Assembly: GCA_005787525.1 (NCBI GenBank)
Contig: SYAR01000030.1
Coordinates: 1 to 63,449 of the forward strand
Source: Rickettsiales bacterium
GTDB taxonomy: Bacteria > Pseudomonadota > Alphaproteobacteria > Rickettsiales > UBA1997
Direction of reading: 5' to 3'
DNA length: 63,449 nucleotides
The notes beneath the pieces are model-generated. The model made no database searches. It was given only the letters and a program-made list of their open reading frames with translations, and had not been told where the DNA came from. Below are positions 25,857-35,585 of the stretch, piece after piece. The position numbers and the translations under genes are program-made. How positions within the stretch are numbered: position 1 is the first letter of the stretch; the number at the start of each line of letters is the position of its first letter.

Positions 25857-26456
25857 TTATGGATAAATTTCGTTGATAATCCAACCTTCAAGAGTTTTTT
25901 CATAAAGATGACGCTGATGAATTCTAAAATCGCCCTCCTCCCAAAACTCTATGGCTATAGGCTTTACTCGAAATCCCGACCAAAAAACTGGACGAGAAAC
26001 TTCTTGATTTTCAAATTGTTCGGTCATTTCTTTGATTCTATTTTCAAATTCTTGCCAATTTTCCATTTTTTGCGATTGCTTCGACGCCCAAGCTCCGATT
26101 TTACTCTCTCTTCTTCTTGAAGCAAAATAATCGTCGGCTTCTTCAGTTGTAACTGGCTCAATTTCGCCTTCAATTCTAACTTGACGCCCAAAAATTCCCC
26201 AATAAAAACATAAAGCAACATTTGGATTTCGTTTTAATTCTTGACCTTTGCGACTAGTTAAATTTGTATAAAAACAAAAACCATTTTCATCAAATTTTTT
26301 TAAAAGAACCATTCGTGCCGATGGCTTATTATCTAAGGTCGAAGTTGCGAGACACATTGCACTTGGTTCGATAATTTGCGAATTATTTTTTGCTTCATTA
26401 AACCATTTTTCAAATATTTCAAATGGGATTTTATGATTGACTTTATTTTGAATCAT
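25857..26456 (-). CDS. pdxH: Pyridoxamine 5'-phosphate oxidase
   Basis: 199 aa with MCLATSTLDNKPSARMVLLK, FYTNLTSRKGQEL, QVRIEG, IGAWASKQS, IEFWEEGDFRIHQR. Confidence 0.9.
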   Translation of the reverse strand: MIQNKVNHKIPFEIFEKWFNEAKNNSQIIEPSAMCLATSTLDNKPSARMVLLKKFDENGFCFYTNLTSRKGQELKRNPNVALCFYWGIFGRQVRIEGEIEPVTTEEADDYFASRRRESKIGAWASKQSQKMENWQEFENRIKEMTEQFENQEVSRPVFWSGFRVKPIAIEFWEEGDFRIHQRHLYEKTLEGWIINEIYP

Positions 26457-26499
26457 CTATTTATTTATTAATTTTAATATTAAAACTTTTTTTAAAAAA

Positions 26500-27093
26500 A
26501 TGCCTCTGTTTTCTAAATTTTTTATTCGTGTAATTTTAATCATTATTATTTTTTTATTCTATTTAAAATATCGAAATAATCAATGCATTATAAATCAAAA
26601 TTGTAAACCTTATTTTATCTCTCATATTTTAAGTTTTAAAAAGAATTTTGAACTTGATCATATCGTTATTTATAAAATTATCGATAATATGGCCAACATC
26701 AACATAACAATCGAGCCATCCTATGATGTTGAAAAGATTTCCAATGATAAAAGTTTAAAAAAAGAAGAGATTGATTCAAAAATTTATTTAGCGACCATTC
26801 TTAAAAATCAACTAAATTATGATGATGTAGATTTTATAAAAAATAATGATATTATCGTGAAGAAATTTTCTTTATTAAACACTGGAGAATTTCCAATCAA
26901 AGTATCTCCAAAAATGACTTATGATGATAGATTTTTTAAAATTTATAATTGTTTTTGCGGATCGGAAATATTTGTATATCCAAATTTGGCAAAGGATATT
27001 TATATATATTTCCAAGTTAAATCGCCCATCAAAGGGCATCAAAAAAAGGATGATACAAAATTTGAAGATTTAACGATAACCGTTTCCATTTAA
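26500..27093 (+). CDS. Divergent Cox11/CtaG-like cytochrome c oxidase assembly protein (tentative)
   Basis: An N-terminal TM helix is present, and the C-terminal block VSPKMTYDDRFFKIYNCFCGSEIFVYPNLAKDIYIYFQV resembles the Cox11 block V.P..ag.YF.KieCFCFteQ.L.pgE...mPV.F. The N-terminal FC..TG motif was not found. Confidence 0.4.
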   Translation: MPLFSKFFIRVILIIIIFLFYLKYRNNQCIINQNCKPYFISHILSFKKNFELDHIVIYKIIDNMANINITIEPSYDVEKISNDKSLKKEEIDSKIYLATILKNQLNYDDVDFIKNNDIIVKKFSLLNTGEFPIKVSPKMTYDDRFFKIYNCFCGSEIFVYPNLAKDIYIYFQVKSPIKGHQKKDDTKFEDLTITVSI

Positions 27094-27198
27094 AAATAAT
27101 TCTTAAAACCCAAATAAATCAATAATAACTTTTTATTATGAAGAAGAGTTTTAGAAAAAATGATAAATTTTTAGAAATTTAGAATTGAATTTTATTAA

Positions 27199-27281
27199 TG
27201 TCGGGAGCCACCACCACGCAAACCCAGCGTGTGTATTCATATTCGCTGTAAAAGCTTTTATATTCTGATACACTCCCGACA
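27199..27281. other. GC-rich 83-nt structured palindromic element in an AT-rich 319-bp spacer (candidate small RNA or palindromic repeat element)
   Basis: The outer 9-bp stem tgtcgggag/ctcccgaca encloses the hairpin cacgc-aaaccca-gcgtg. It also encloses a second arm, tgtat...aaaagctttt...ataca. Strand and function are unknown. Confidence 0.3.
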
Positions 27282-27412
27282 AAATTATTATTCAATATAT
27301 TTTTTTTTCTTGCAAGTATTTTTTTTAAAAAAATAAGAAATGTTATTTAAATATAAAAAAATTGTTTTAAAAAAATAAAACATTAAACAAATTTATAATT
27401 AAAAAAAATTAA

Positions 27413-28405
27413 ATGGTCTTTAGAATAATCATTATTTATTTACTTTGCATTATACCAATAAGAGCTTATTGTCAGCAAGCTTCGGATCTAGCTATTTTTG
27501 ATAAAAACAAAGTTTTTTCAATAATTTCGGTTAATTATTTTTATAAAAAACAACCACTCCTTAAAAATTCAAAAATACAATGTGAACTAAATTTTTATGA
27601 TGATTATAAAGAAAAAGTTATTTCAAAAATCGATGAAAACAGTAATTACATAATTCTTTTATCAAATCCGGGTAAGGTTTATTTAGAAAGCATCAAATGT
27701 TCCCGCCATTCAATTCCATTAATTTATGGAGCTTCGCGTTTTAAATTAATTGATGACATGGGATTTGTTGCCCATAAAGGTTTTGTTAATTATGTCGGAG
27801 AATTAAATTTAGATTATTATCCGAGTTTTTTTAAAATTCTGGATATTTTTAACTTATCAAATTTTTCTAACGATACTAGCGGATTGTTGCAAATAGACGT
27901 TCGCGACAATATTTTTGATGCCATGAATTTTATTAATTCAAGATTTTCAAATATTTATCATTTAAAATTAACAAAATCGCTTTTAATGGATTCTCATAGC
28001 TTAAAACCAAATGAAGAACCCGAAACTTACTCGCAAAAAAATATCACAAAAGATTTAACAAAAAATAGCATTCAATCACTTCCAAATCAATTAGAAATAC
28101 AAGCAAAAAATCCTCAAATAATTAATGAAAAAAATATTAAAACAATAGAAGAAATTACACCTAAAAATAATATTGAAATCAATGAAATTATTACCAAAAA
28201 AGAATTAATTAAAGAAATTAATGATGGAGAAATAAAAGATTTAGAAAGTGATTTTAAAACTCCGCAACATCCATATTTAGCTCCACGTTATTCAGATTTT
28301 TATAGTCCAGTTTATAATCCATATAACCTAATTGGCAATCCTTCAAGCTATTATTTAATGCACACTTTTGCTATTCAGGATCCAGTAATAGAGCATCCTC
28401 ATTAA
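27413..28405 (+). CDS. Hypothetical secreted protein
   Basis: 330-aa ORF with signal peptide MVFRIIIIYLLCIIPIRAYC, a low-complexity K/N/I/E middle and a Tyr/Pro-rich C-terminus. No family recognised. Confidence 0.45.
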   Translation: MVFRIIIIYLLCIIPIRAYCQQASDLAIFDKNKVFSIISVNYFYKKQPLLKNSKIQCELNFYDDYKEKVISKIDENSNYIILLSNPGKVYLESIKCSRHSIPLIYGASRFKLIDDMGFVAHKGFVNYVGELNLDYYPSFFKILDIFNLSNFSNDTSGLLQIDVRDNIFDAMNFINSRFSNIYHLKLTKSLLMDSHSLKPNEEPETYSQKNITKDLTKNSIQSLPNQLEIQAKNPQIINEKNIKTIEEITPKNNIEINEIITKKELIKEINDGEIKDLESDFKTPQHPYLAPRYSDFYSPVYNPYNLIGNPSSYYLMHTFAIQDPVIEHPH

Positions 28406-29154
28406 AATTTTTTATTTTTACTCAATAAATATTTTTCAAATAAATCGGGGCGATTTTTTTGAGTAATTTCTTCGGCTTTTTCTTTACGCCACTTTTCGAT
28501 ATTAGCGTGATGCCCCGACAATAAAATTGCGGGCACTTCTTTATCTAAAAAACTGGCCGGACGCGTGTAATGTGGATATTCCAACAAAAATTCATAATCA
28601 TTATTTTCAATATTACCGAAGCTTTCTTGCTCAAGCGATTGCTCTTTTCCGAGCACACCTTTAACATTACGTAAAATGGCATCGATTAAGACGTAAGAAG
28701 CGATTTCACCGCCCGATAAAACATAATCACCAATCGAAACTTCCTCAATTTCAAAAATATCGATTATTCTTTGATCAATCCCCTCATATCGTCCGCAAAT
28801 AATATTAATTTCACTTTCTTGCGACAATTCTTGTGCCATTTTTTGATTAAAAACTTTACCGCGTGGAGATGGATAAATAATTTTGGGCTTTAGAATATTT
28901 TGAGAGTTTTGTATGATATTTTTATCGATATTTTCACTCAGAGCATTATGCAAAACATCGGGGCGAAAAACCATGCCGGCACCACCGCCAAATGGGGCGT
29001 CATCAACGGTTTTGCGAACATCAAAACCATAATCACGAATATTAATTACCTCTAATTTCCATAAATTTTTATTAAGCGCTTCGCCGGTGATTGACTTCGC
29101 TAAAATTTGCGGAAAAAGTTCGGGAAAAATGGTAAAAACTTTAAAATTTATCAT
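28402..29154 (-). CDS. trmD: tRNA (guanine37-N1)-methyltransferase
   Basis: 250 aa with FTIFPELF, DDAPFGGGAGMV, IICGRYEGIDQRI, SIGDYVLSGGE and YPHYTRPA. Confidence 0.95.
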   Translation of the reverse strand: MINFKVFTIFPELFPQILAKSITGEALNKNLWKLEVINIRDYGFDVRKTVDDAPFGGGAGMVFRPDVLHNALSENIDKNIIQNSQNILKPKIIYPSPRGKVFNQKMAQELSQESEINIICGRYEGIDQRIIDIFEIEEVSIGDYVLSGGEIASYVLIDAILRNVKGVLGKEQSLEQESFGNIENNDYEFLLEYPHYTRPASFLDKEVPAILLSGHHANIEKWRKEKAEEITQKNRPDLFEKYLLSKNKKF

Positions 29155-29229
29155 AAAATATTTTGTTTATTTGAATAATTTAAAATAAATTATAGCATTA
29201 TTTTCTTAAAATAACTTAAATTTTTAAAA

Positions 29230-30174
29230 ATGTCGTCAAAAATTGAAAATTCTTTTGTAAAAATCGATTGCAAAAAAACTTTTGGAATTAATTGTAATTT
29301 TGAAGTAAATGGCTTTAAATCCCCTTCTGACTTGACTCCAACTCTTGATAAAAATTATTTATTTGATGAAAAAACTAGCAAAGCAATCTTAGCCGGATTC
29401 GCTTTTAATCAAAGAGTTTTGATTCAAGGAATGCACGGAACCGGCAAATCAACTCATATCGAACAAATCGCCTCCAGGCTTAATTGGCCTTGTATGCGAA
29501 TTAATTTTGATTCGCAAATTACGCGACTTGATTTAGTTGGAAAAGATACAATAAAATTAAAAAATGATAAACAAATTACCGAATTTAAAGAAGGAATAAT
29601 TCCTTTCGCATTACGCAATGGAGTGGCTTTGGTGCTTGATGAATATGATGCCATCAAAACCGATGTTTCGTTTGTTATTCAACGTTTACTTGAAGAAGAT
29701 GGCAAGTTTGCGCTCCTCGAAGAAAATGAAATTATCACTCCACATCCAAATTTTCGTCTCTTCGCCACCTCTAATACTCTAGGTGCAGGCGATGATTTAG
29801 GAATTTATCACGGCACTAATTTAATCAATCAAGCTCAAATGGATCGCTGGAATATTGTGGCGTCTTTAAATTATTTATCGGAAGAATATGAGATCACAAT
29901 TTTACAAAAAAAATTAGCTTTTTTATCGTCAAAAGAACATCAGCAAACCGCGAAACTAATGGTTAAAATTGCTAATTTAAGTCGCGAAGCTTTTAAAAAT
30001 GGCGATATTTCTAATTTAATTTCTTTAAGAACTTTAATTTCTTGGGGACGTAATATTGAAATTTTTAACTCGGTCAAAGAAGCTTTTATTCTAAGCTTCT
30101 ACAACAAAATTATCGATGATGAAAAATCAGTAATTCGTGAATTTTATCAACGCGTGTTTGGCGAAGAAATATAA
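29230..30174 (+). CDS. cobS: CobS-like AAA+ ATPase (MoxR/CobS family)
   Basis: Walker A is GMHGTGKSTHIEQIASRLNWP and Walker B is LVLDEYD. FATSNT...GTNLINQAQMDRW matches the alphaproteobacterial CobS-like family. No cobT is adjacent. Confidence 0.75.
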   Translation: MSSKIENSFVKIDCKKTFGINCNFEVNGFKSPSDLTPTLDKNYLFDEKTSKAILAGFAFNQRVLIQGMHGTGKSTHIEQIASRLNWPCMRINFDSQITRLDLVGKDTIKLKNDKQITEFKEGIIPFALRNGVALVLDEYDAIKTDVSFVIQRLLEEDGKFALLEENEIITPHPNFRLFATSNTLGAGDDLGIYHGTNLINQAQMDRWNIVASLNYLSEEYEITILQKKLAFLSSKEHQQTAKLMVKIANLSREAFKNGDISNLISLRTLISWGRNIEIFNSVKEAFILSFYNKIIDDEKSVIREFYQRVFGEEI

Positions 30175-30183
30175 AATTGGATT

Positions 30184-31044
30184 CTAATTTTTACGAACCA
30201 CGACGTTATTTTCGACTCCAACTTCTCGAGATTTTTGTTTTTCTTGATTGGTAACCAAATCAGTCCACTCGCCTTTAACAGAATGATCAATTATTGTTGG
30301 AGCTGTTGATGTTGCTATCGAAGAAACTTTTGGTGCTTTTTTAATTACCGAAGAATTACTATTATTATTTACCGAAGCATAGTTATCGCCACTTACCGAA
30401 GAATTGTTATTTTCTGGCGACAAATCGAAATTGCCCTGCCTAATATTTTTTATTTCGGCAATAATATTTTGCGACAATTGCTCTGGCTTCGAATTTATTA
30501 TATCATTGCCAACCAAATGCTTTAAATCGGCATCCAAAGTTTGAATAAACTCTCCACCAATAGTTTTCTCCAAATGAAAACCTTCATATTTAGTAAGGGC
30601 TTGATAGGATTCAGCTGGTTTAGAGGTAAATACTTGCCTTGGCGATGGTGGCATTTGCAAAAATTTGATCTGATTTTGATGCATTTGCAATGCAATTTCA
30701 GAAAGTTTTTTAATTTTTTCTTGAGCTTTTTCCTTAAGTTTATCAAGCATTTCAATTGCTTCAAAATCACCAATTCTCAGCAATTCAATTTCTTTCACAA
30801 GAATCATTTCAATTAAATTATAAGAGCCCTCTTGCATTACATTATTTATATCTTTTTGATAAATATTTAATAATTTTTGATCCTCTCTTATTTTTTGGAT
30901 AATTATTAATTTTTCAATTTCATTTTCCAATCTTTCTATTGTCGCAAGCTTTACTTTGTCATGATCTTCAAGGGCTTTTTTCTTGTGCTCCGAAAGATTA
31001 AATTGTGGATTATTTTGTGATTTTCTTTTGCTAAATTCGCTCAT
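30184..31044 (-). CDS. Hypothetical coiled-coil protein
   Basis: 286-aa ORF starting 1 nt after the xerD stop, with heptad-like K/E/L/I-rich N-terminal two thirds and an N/S-rich C-terminus. Confidence 0.45.
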   Translation of the reverse strand: MSEFSKRKSQNNPQFNLSEHKKKALEDHDKVKLATIERLENEIEKLIIIQKIREDQKLLNIYQKDINNVMQEGSYNLIEMILVKEIELLRIGDFEAIEMLDKLKEKAQEKIKKLSEIALQMHQNQIKFLQMPPSPRQVFTSKPAESYQALTKYEGFHLEKTIGGEFIQTLDADLKHLVGNDIINSKPEQLSQNIIAEIKNIRQGNFDLSPENNNSSVSGDNYASVNNNSNSSVIKKAPKVSSIATSTAPTIIDHSVKGEWTDLVTNQEKQKSREVGVENNVVVRKN

Positions 31045-31045
31045 T

Positions 31046-32029
31046 TTAAAAATTATTTTTAGAAAGCGGATGGTGATTTAACACCGCATCACGCAATTTG
31101 TTTTCAGAAATATGAGTGTAAATTTCAGTCGTTGAAATATCACTATGCCCTAATAATTCTTGCAACACACGCAAGTCTGCCCCGCTATTTAAAAGATGCG
31201 TCGCAAAAGAGTGACGAAAAACGTGGGGGTGAACCCTTGATGGCTCAATTTTTGCCTTTATTGCCAACTCCTTAAGCATTTTATTAAATCTTTGACGCGA
31301 CAAAGGTTTGTCAATAAAATCTTTAAAATTAACCGCATGAATTTTAATTTGATTAGGTTTTTTACTAGAACGAAAATTGCCAACAAAAAGCCATTTTGAA
31401 CTATCGAGCCCAACCTTTTTTCTCAAAATTAAATATTTTGCTAAAATAATTTTAGAGGTTTCATTTAAAGTCGCAATTCTTTCCTTATTACCCTTCCCTT
31501 TTATGATTAAAAAATCATCAATTTGCGAATTTTTAAATTGCACCGCACTGATTGGCAAATTAACTAATTCCGAAACTCTCAAGCCTGCGGAATAAAGAAT
31601 TTCAAGCATGCAAGACAGTTTTATCCCAAATTCTGATTCATCTTTTAATAATATATCAAGCATTTTGGTAACTTCATTTTCTGATAAAAATTTTGGTAAA
31701 ATTTTATGACGTTTCGGACCGTGAATTTCCAAAACCGGATTTTTTTTTATAATATTTTCTTGCTCTAAAAAATTAAAAAAATGTTTAAAACATGAAATTT
31801 TACGAGAAACTGAAGAGTTTTTTAAATTTTGCTGTGCATCTTCGTTAAAATATTTTTTTAAAATTTCTTTTGAACAATTTTCAAATGAAATTTCTATATT
31901 TTTAAGAAATATTTCTAGCATTTCAAGGTCTTTGCCGTAAGATAAAATGGTGTTTTTTGACAAACCATCTTCGGCTCGAATTTTTTGTAAAAAATTATTT
32001 ATATGTGTTGAATTAAGGTTTTTTTTCAC
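31046..32029 (-). CDS. xerD: Tyrosine site-specific recombinase XerD (XerC/XerD family)
   Basis: N-terminal SAM-like domain (GLSKNTILSYGKDLEMLEIF) and catalytic residues in AGLRVSEL, HVFRHSFATHLL, LLGHSDISTTEIYTH. Confidence 0.8.
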   Translation of the reverse strand: MKKNLNSTHINNFLQKIRAEDGLSKNTILSYGKDLEMLEIFLKNIEISFENCSKEILKKYFNEDAQQNLKNSSVSRKISCFKHFFNFLEQENIIKKNPVLEIHGPKRHKILPKFLSENEVTKMLDILLKDESEFGIKLSCMLEILYSAGLRVSELVNLPISAVQFKNSQIDDFLIIKGKGNKERIATLNETSKIILAKYLILRKKVGLDSSKWLFVGNFRSSKKPNQIKIHAVNFKDFIDKPLSRQRFNKMLKELAIKAKIEPSRVHPHVFRHSFATHLLNSGADLRVLQELLGHSDISTTEIYTHISENKLRDAVLNHHPLSKNNF

Positions 32030-32218
32030 AATAATTAATAGAATAAAATTGATAATTCATCATCTGATGATTTTTTGCAATTATTGACAATACTTTTAAT
32101 TTTAATGGTGGTAATAATATTTTTTTGTGGAATTTTATCATTTTCGGTAATCAAATAAAAACTTAATAAAATCATACAAGAAAATCCGATAAAAATAAAA
32201 AAACTTTTTAACAAAATC

Positions 32219-33607
32219 ATGGTTTTACAAAAAAAATATAGGTTTTTATTAAGGTTAACAATTTTTCTAAACCTAATATTAATACTCAATTTTATTTTAG
32301 CAAAAAAATTATATGCACAAATTGCAATAATTCGCGAAGCAGAAACCGAGAAATTATTACGCGACATATGCTATCCAATCTTTAAGATAGCCGGACTCGA
32401 TAGCAAAAATCTTAAAATTTATATCGTTAATGACAACTCTATCAACGCTTTTGTCGCTGGCGGACAAAATATTTTTGTTAATACTGGATTAATAAAAAAA
32501 TTTTCAGATCCAAGCGTTATTGCGGGGGTAATTGCTCACGAAATTGGACACATCGCCTCATCTCACCTTGCCAAAGGAAGCGAAGAATTTAGCAATAATG
32601 TCAACGCTACTTTTTTAGGATATTTACTCGGAATTGGTGCAATAATTTCAGGCAATCCCCAAATTGGAAGTGCAATATTAATGGGTAGCTCTCACGTCGG
32701 CAATCGCTTAGCTTTAAAATTTAATCGCTCGCAAGAAGAATCGGCGGATATTTTAGCATTAAAATATTTAGAAAAACTTAAACTTCCAACCAAGGGTTTA
32801 TTAGAGATTATGAATTATTTTCATGAGCAATCTACTGCTTATAAAAATAGTATAGACCCTTATGAAATAACACACCCCATTTCTTCTTCGCGAATTAAAT
32901 TAATAAAAAATCATGCTCAAAAATATAAATATGCTAATGTTGAATTTGATAAAAAAGTTACAAAAAATTTTCATCGAGTTCAAGCTAAACTTGGTGGTTT
33001 TTTAGAGGAAATTGAGACCACTCTGAGAGTTAGAAAAAATAAATTTGATGAAGATTCGAATTTGGCAAAATCGATTGCATATTTTAGAAAAAATGATTTT
33101 AAAGAGTCAAATAAATTACTCGAGGAACTCATAAAAAACAATCCTCAAGATGGTTTTTTATTCGAACTTAAAGCTGAATTTTTATTTAATCAAAATAAAA
33201 TTTTTGAGGCGATTTTAAATTATCAAAAAGCTATAAATTATCTCGATGAACAATCAAAAACTTTATCGCAAATTGCTTTTGCTAACGCTATTTTAGAATT
33301 AAAAACTGATGATAAATTTTTGTTAGATTTAGCCATTAAAAATTTACAAAAATCTCAAAAATATGAGGATGAAAATGCTCTTATTTTTAAAAGCCTTGCT
33401 AGTGCCTACAAGCTTGACAATAATGATGGTAAGGCACTTTTAATGTTAGCAGAATATAATTATATTTTAAAAGAAAATGATAAAGCACAAAAATTAGCAA
33501 ATGAAGCAATTATTGAGCTCGAAAAAACCAAAGATAAAGTTGCAAAATTAAGAGCCCAAGATTTAATTGAAATTATCAAAAATAGCGAAGAAAAATCAAA
33601 AAAATAA
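32219..33607 (+). CDS. M48-family zinc metalloprotease with C-terminal TPR repeats (BepA/YfgC-like)
   Basis: Signal peptide, HEIGHIASSH (HExxH), EESADILALKYL and a TPR-like C-terminal half. Confidence 0.75.
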   Translation: MVLQKKYRFLLRLTIFLNLILILNFILAKKLYAQIAIIREAETEKLLRDICYPIFKIAGLDSKNLKIYIVNDNSINAFVAGGQNIFVNTGLIKKFSDPSVIAGVIAHEIGHIASSHLAKGSEEFSNNVNATFLGYLLGIGAIISGNPQIGSAILMGSSHVGNRLALKFNRSQEESADILALKYLEKLKLPTKGLLEIMNYFHEQSTAYKNSIDPYEITHPISSSRIKLIKNHAQKYKYANVEFDKKVTKNFHRVQAKLGGFLEEIETTLRVRKNKFDEDSNLAKSIAYFRKNDFKESNKLLEELIKNNPQDGFLFELKAEFLFNQNKIFEAILNYQKAINYLDEQSKTLSQIAFANAILELKTDDKFLLDLAIKNLQKSQKYEDENALIFKSLASAYKLDNNDGKALLMLAEYNYILKENDKAQKLANEAIIELEKTKDKVAKLRAQDLIEIIKNSEEKSKK

Positions 33608-33609
33608 TG

Positions 33610-35502
33610 TTATTTCATCAATTTTTGTAATCTTCTTGAAAAATCTTTAGCGTCTTTGATCGGCTCATCTTCAATGATGCATGCCAAGTCAAACAAAGTT
33701 TGAATTGAATCTTTGGCATCATTTTTAGCATCATCATTTTGATAATTTTTGTTTAATTTTTTGATGATTTTGTTATTAGGATTTATTTCCAAAATCTTTG
33801 CTGAAGCAGAATTTAATTGCTTTTGTTCGAGCAAATAACGTTCTAAACGAATATCCATCGCTTTCGAGTCAACAGCCAAACACACCGGTGAATCGGTTAA
33901 TTTTTTAGAAATTCGTGCCTCTTTAATTTTATCACCCAAAATATTTTTAATAAAATCGAGCAAACCACTAAATTGCGAATTGCTTACATCTTTTTCATCT
34001 TGATCATTTTTGCTTTCATTCTCATCTTCTTCATTTTTTTCTTCAGCTTTTTTATCAATATTTTCCAAATCAACATCATGACGATTAATTGATTGCAACT
34101 CCTTGTCTTTGTAAGGTAAAGCCACCGTAACCCAAAACTCATCAACCGCATCAATTAAATATAAAACCTCGACATCTTTTTGTAAAAAAATCTCAAGTTG
34201 TGGCGAAGATTTTATTTTTTCAACCGACTCCCCCGTTAAGAAATATATTTTATCTTGATTAGCTTTGGCTCTTTCTAAATACTGGGCTAAGGTGATATAT
34301 TTATCGGGAGATTTTGACGAATAAAAGCGACAAATTTCAAGAATTTTTTCACGAAATTCTGAAGATTCGCACAAACCTTCTTTTAAAACTGCACCGAAAT
34401 TATTCCAAAATTCTAAATATTTTTCTTCATTATCATTGGCTTTTTTCTTAAGTTCCGACAAAACTTTATTGACAACATTTTTGCGAATTTTATCAATGAC
34501 AACACTGTGTTGCAAAGTTTCGCGACTAATGTTCAAAGGCAAATCATCTGAATCGATAAGACCGCGTAAAAATCGCATGCAAGCGGGAACCAAACTCAAA
34601 TCTTCGCTAATAAAAACTCTTTTCACATAAAGTTTTACCGAAGTTTTGCGATCGGGATGAAATAAATCAAAAGGTTTTGAGCTTGGAATAAATAATAAAT
34701 TTGTATAACTCACTGCACCCTCAACATTGTTGTGAAGCGTTAAAAAAGGCTCACCGGGAAGGTGCGAAATATGTTTATAAAAATTTTGATATTGCTCAGA
34801 AGTAATTTGATCTTTAGGTTTTTTCCATAAAGCCGAAGCGGAATTTAAAGTTTCAATTTTAGCTCCCGCTTCAATGTTTTCAGGAATAAAATCGATTTTA
34901 AAATTAATATGATCGGAATAAGTTTGCACCACATGTTTAATGTGAAAACGATCGAAAAAATCAGTGGCATCATCTTTTAAATGCAAAATAATTTTAGTGC
35001 CTCGAGTTGCAATTTTTTCATTACTTTCATTAATTGAAAATTGTGCAGAACCTTCAGATTGCCAGTGCCAAGTCGTATCTTCATTATATTTTTTAGTAAT
35101 TACTTCGACCGATTTTGCAATCATAAAACATGAATAAAAACCAACCCCAAATTGTCCAATTAATTGTACATCTTTTTGTTTATCTCCCGTCAAAGATTTA
35201 ATAAAATTTTCGGTGCCCGATTTGGCGATGGTTCCGAGATTTTCGATCAAATCTTCCTGATTCATGCCGATGCCATTATCGACAATAATTAATTGTTTTT
35301 TTTCTTTGTTGGTGGTAATGTTGATTTTCAAATCATCATCGGCAATTTCAGAATTTTGAGCAATTAAATAACGCATTTTATCGCAAGCATCCGAAGCATT
35401 TGAAACCAACTCTCTCAAAGCTACATCTTTGTTAGCATAAAGTGAATTTATCATGAGATTTAGAATTTTTCCAACCTCAACATCGAAATTATATTGTTGC
35501 AT
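33610..35502 (-). CDS. htpG: Molecular chaperone HtpG (Hsp90)
   Basis: 630 aa with LINSLYANKDVALRELVSNASDA, DNGIGMN, GQFGVGFYS and LNISRE. Confidence 0.95.
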   Translation of the reverse strand: MQQYNFDVEVGKILNLMINSLYANKDVALRELVSNASDACDKMRYLIAQNSEIADDDLKINITTNKEKKQLIIVDNGIGMNQEDLIENLGTIAKSGTENFIKSLTGDKQKDVQLIGQFGVGFYSCFMIAKSVEVITKKYNEDTTWHWQSEGSAQFSINESNEKIATRGTKIILHLKDDATDFFDRFHIKHVVQTYSDHINFKIDFIPENIEAGAKIETLNSASALWKKPKDQITSEQYQNFYKHISHLPGEPFLTLHNNVEGAVSYTNLLFIPSSKPFDLFHPDRKTSVKLYVKRVFISEDLSLVPACMRFLRGLIDSDDLPLNISRETLQHSVVIDKIRKNVVNKVLSELKKKANDNEEKYLEFWNNFGAVLKEGLCESSEFREKILEICRFYSSKSPDKYITLAQYLERAKANQDKIYFLTGESVEKIKSSPQLEIFLQKDVEVLYLIDAVDEFWVTVALPYKDKELQSINRHDVDLENIDKKAEEKNEEDENESKNDQDEKDVSNSQFSGLLDFIKNILGDKIKEARISKKLTDSPVCLAVDSKAMDIRLERYLLEQKQLNSASAKILEINPNNKIIKKLNKNYQNDDAKNDAKDSIQTLFDLACIIEDEPIKDAKDFSRRLQKLMK

Positions 35503-35585
35503 AATTTTATTAATTTTATTTTGAATTATATGAAATTTTGTAAAGCAAATTTATTTTACAAATCGAGCAATTTCAAGAGTTAAAA

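Noticed and set aside
27199-27281. Considered 4.5S/SRP RNA, tmRNA piece, 6S RNA or a tRNA for the GC-rich hairpin element
   Set aside because: It has no GGAA/GNAR SRP domain IV motif, no T-loop GTTCRA, no tRNA-like acceptor and no resume codon or tag ORF. The identity is left open.
32035-32367. 110-aa minus-strand ORF upstream of xerD (or a 62-aa version starting at 32220)
   Set aside because: The long form overlaps the signal-peptide-bearing start of the M48/TPR protease on the other strand. The short form's ATG shares bases with that gene's ATG, which leaves no promoter space. It is kept only as a weak possibility for a small TM protein.
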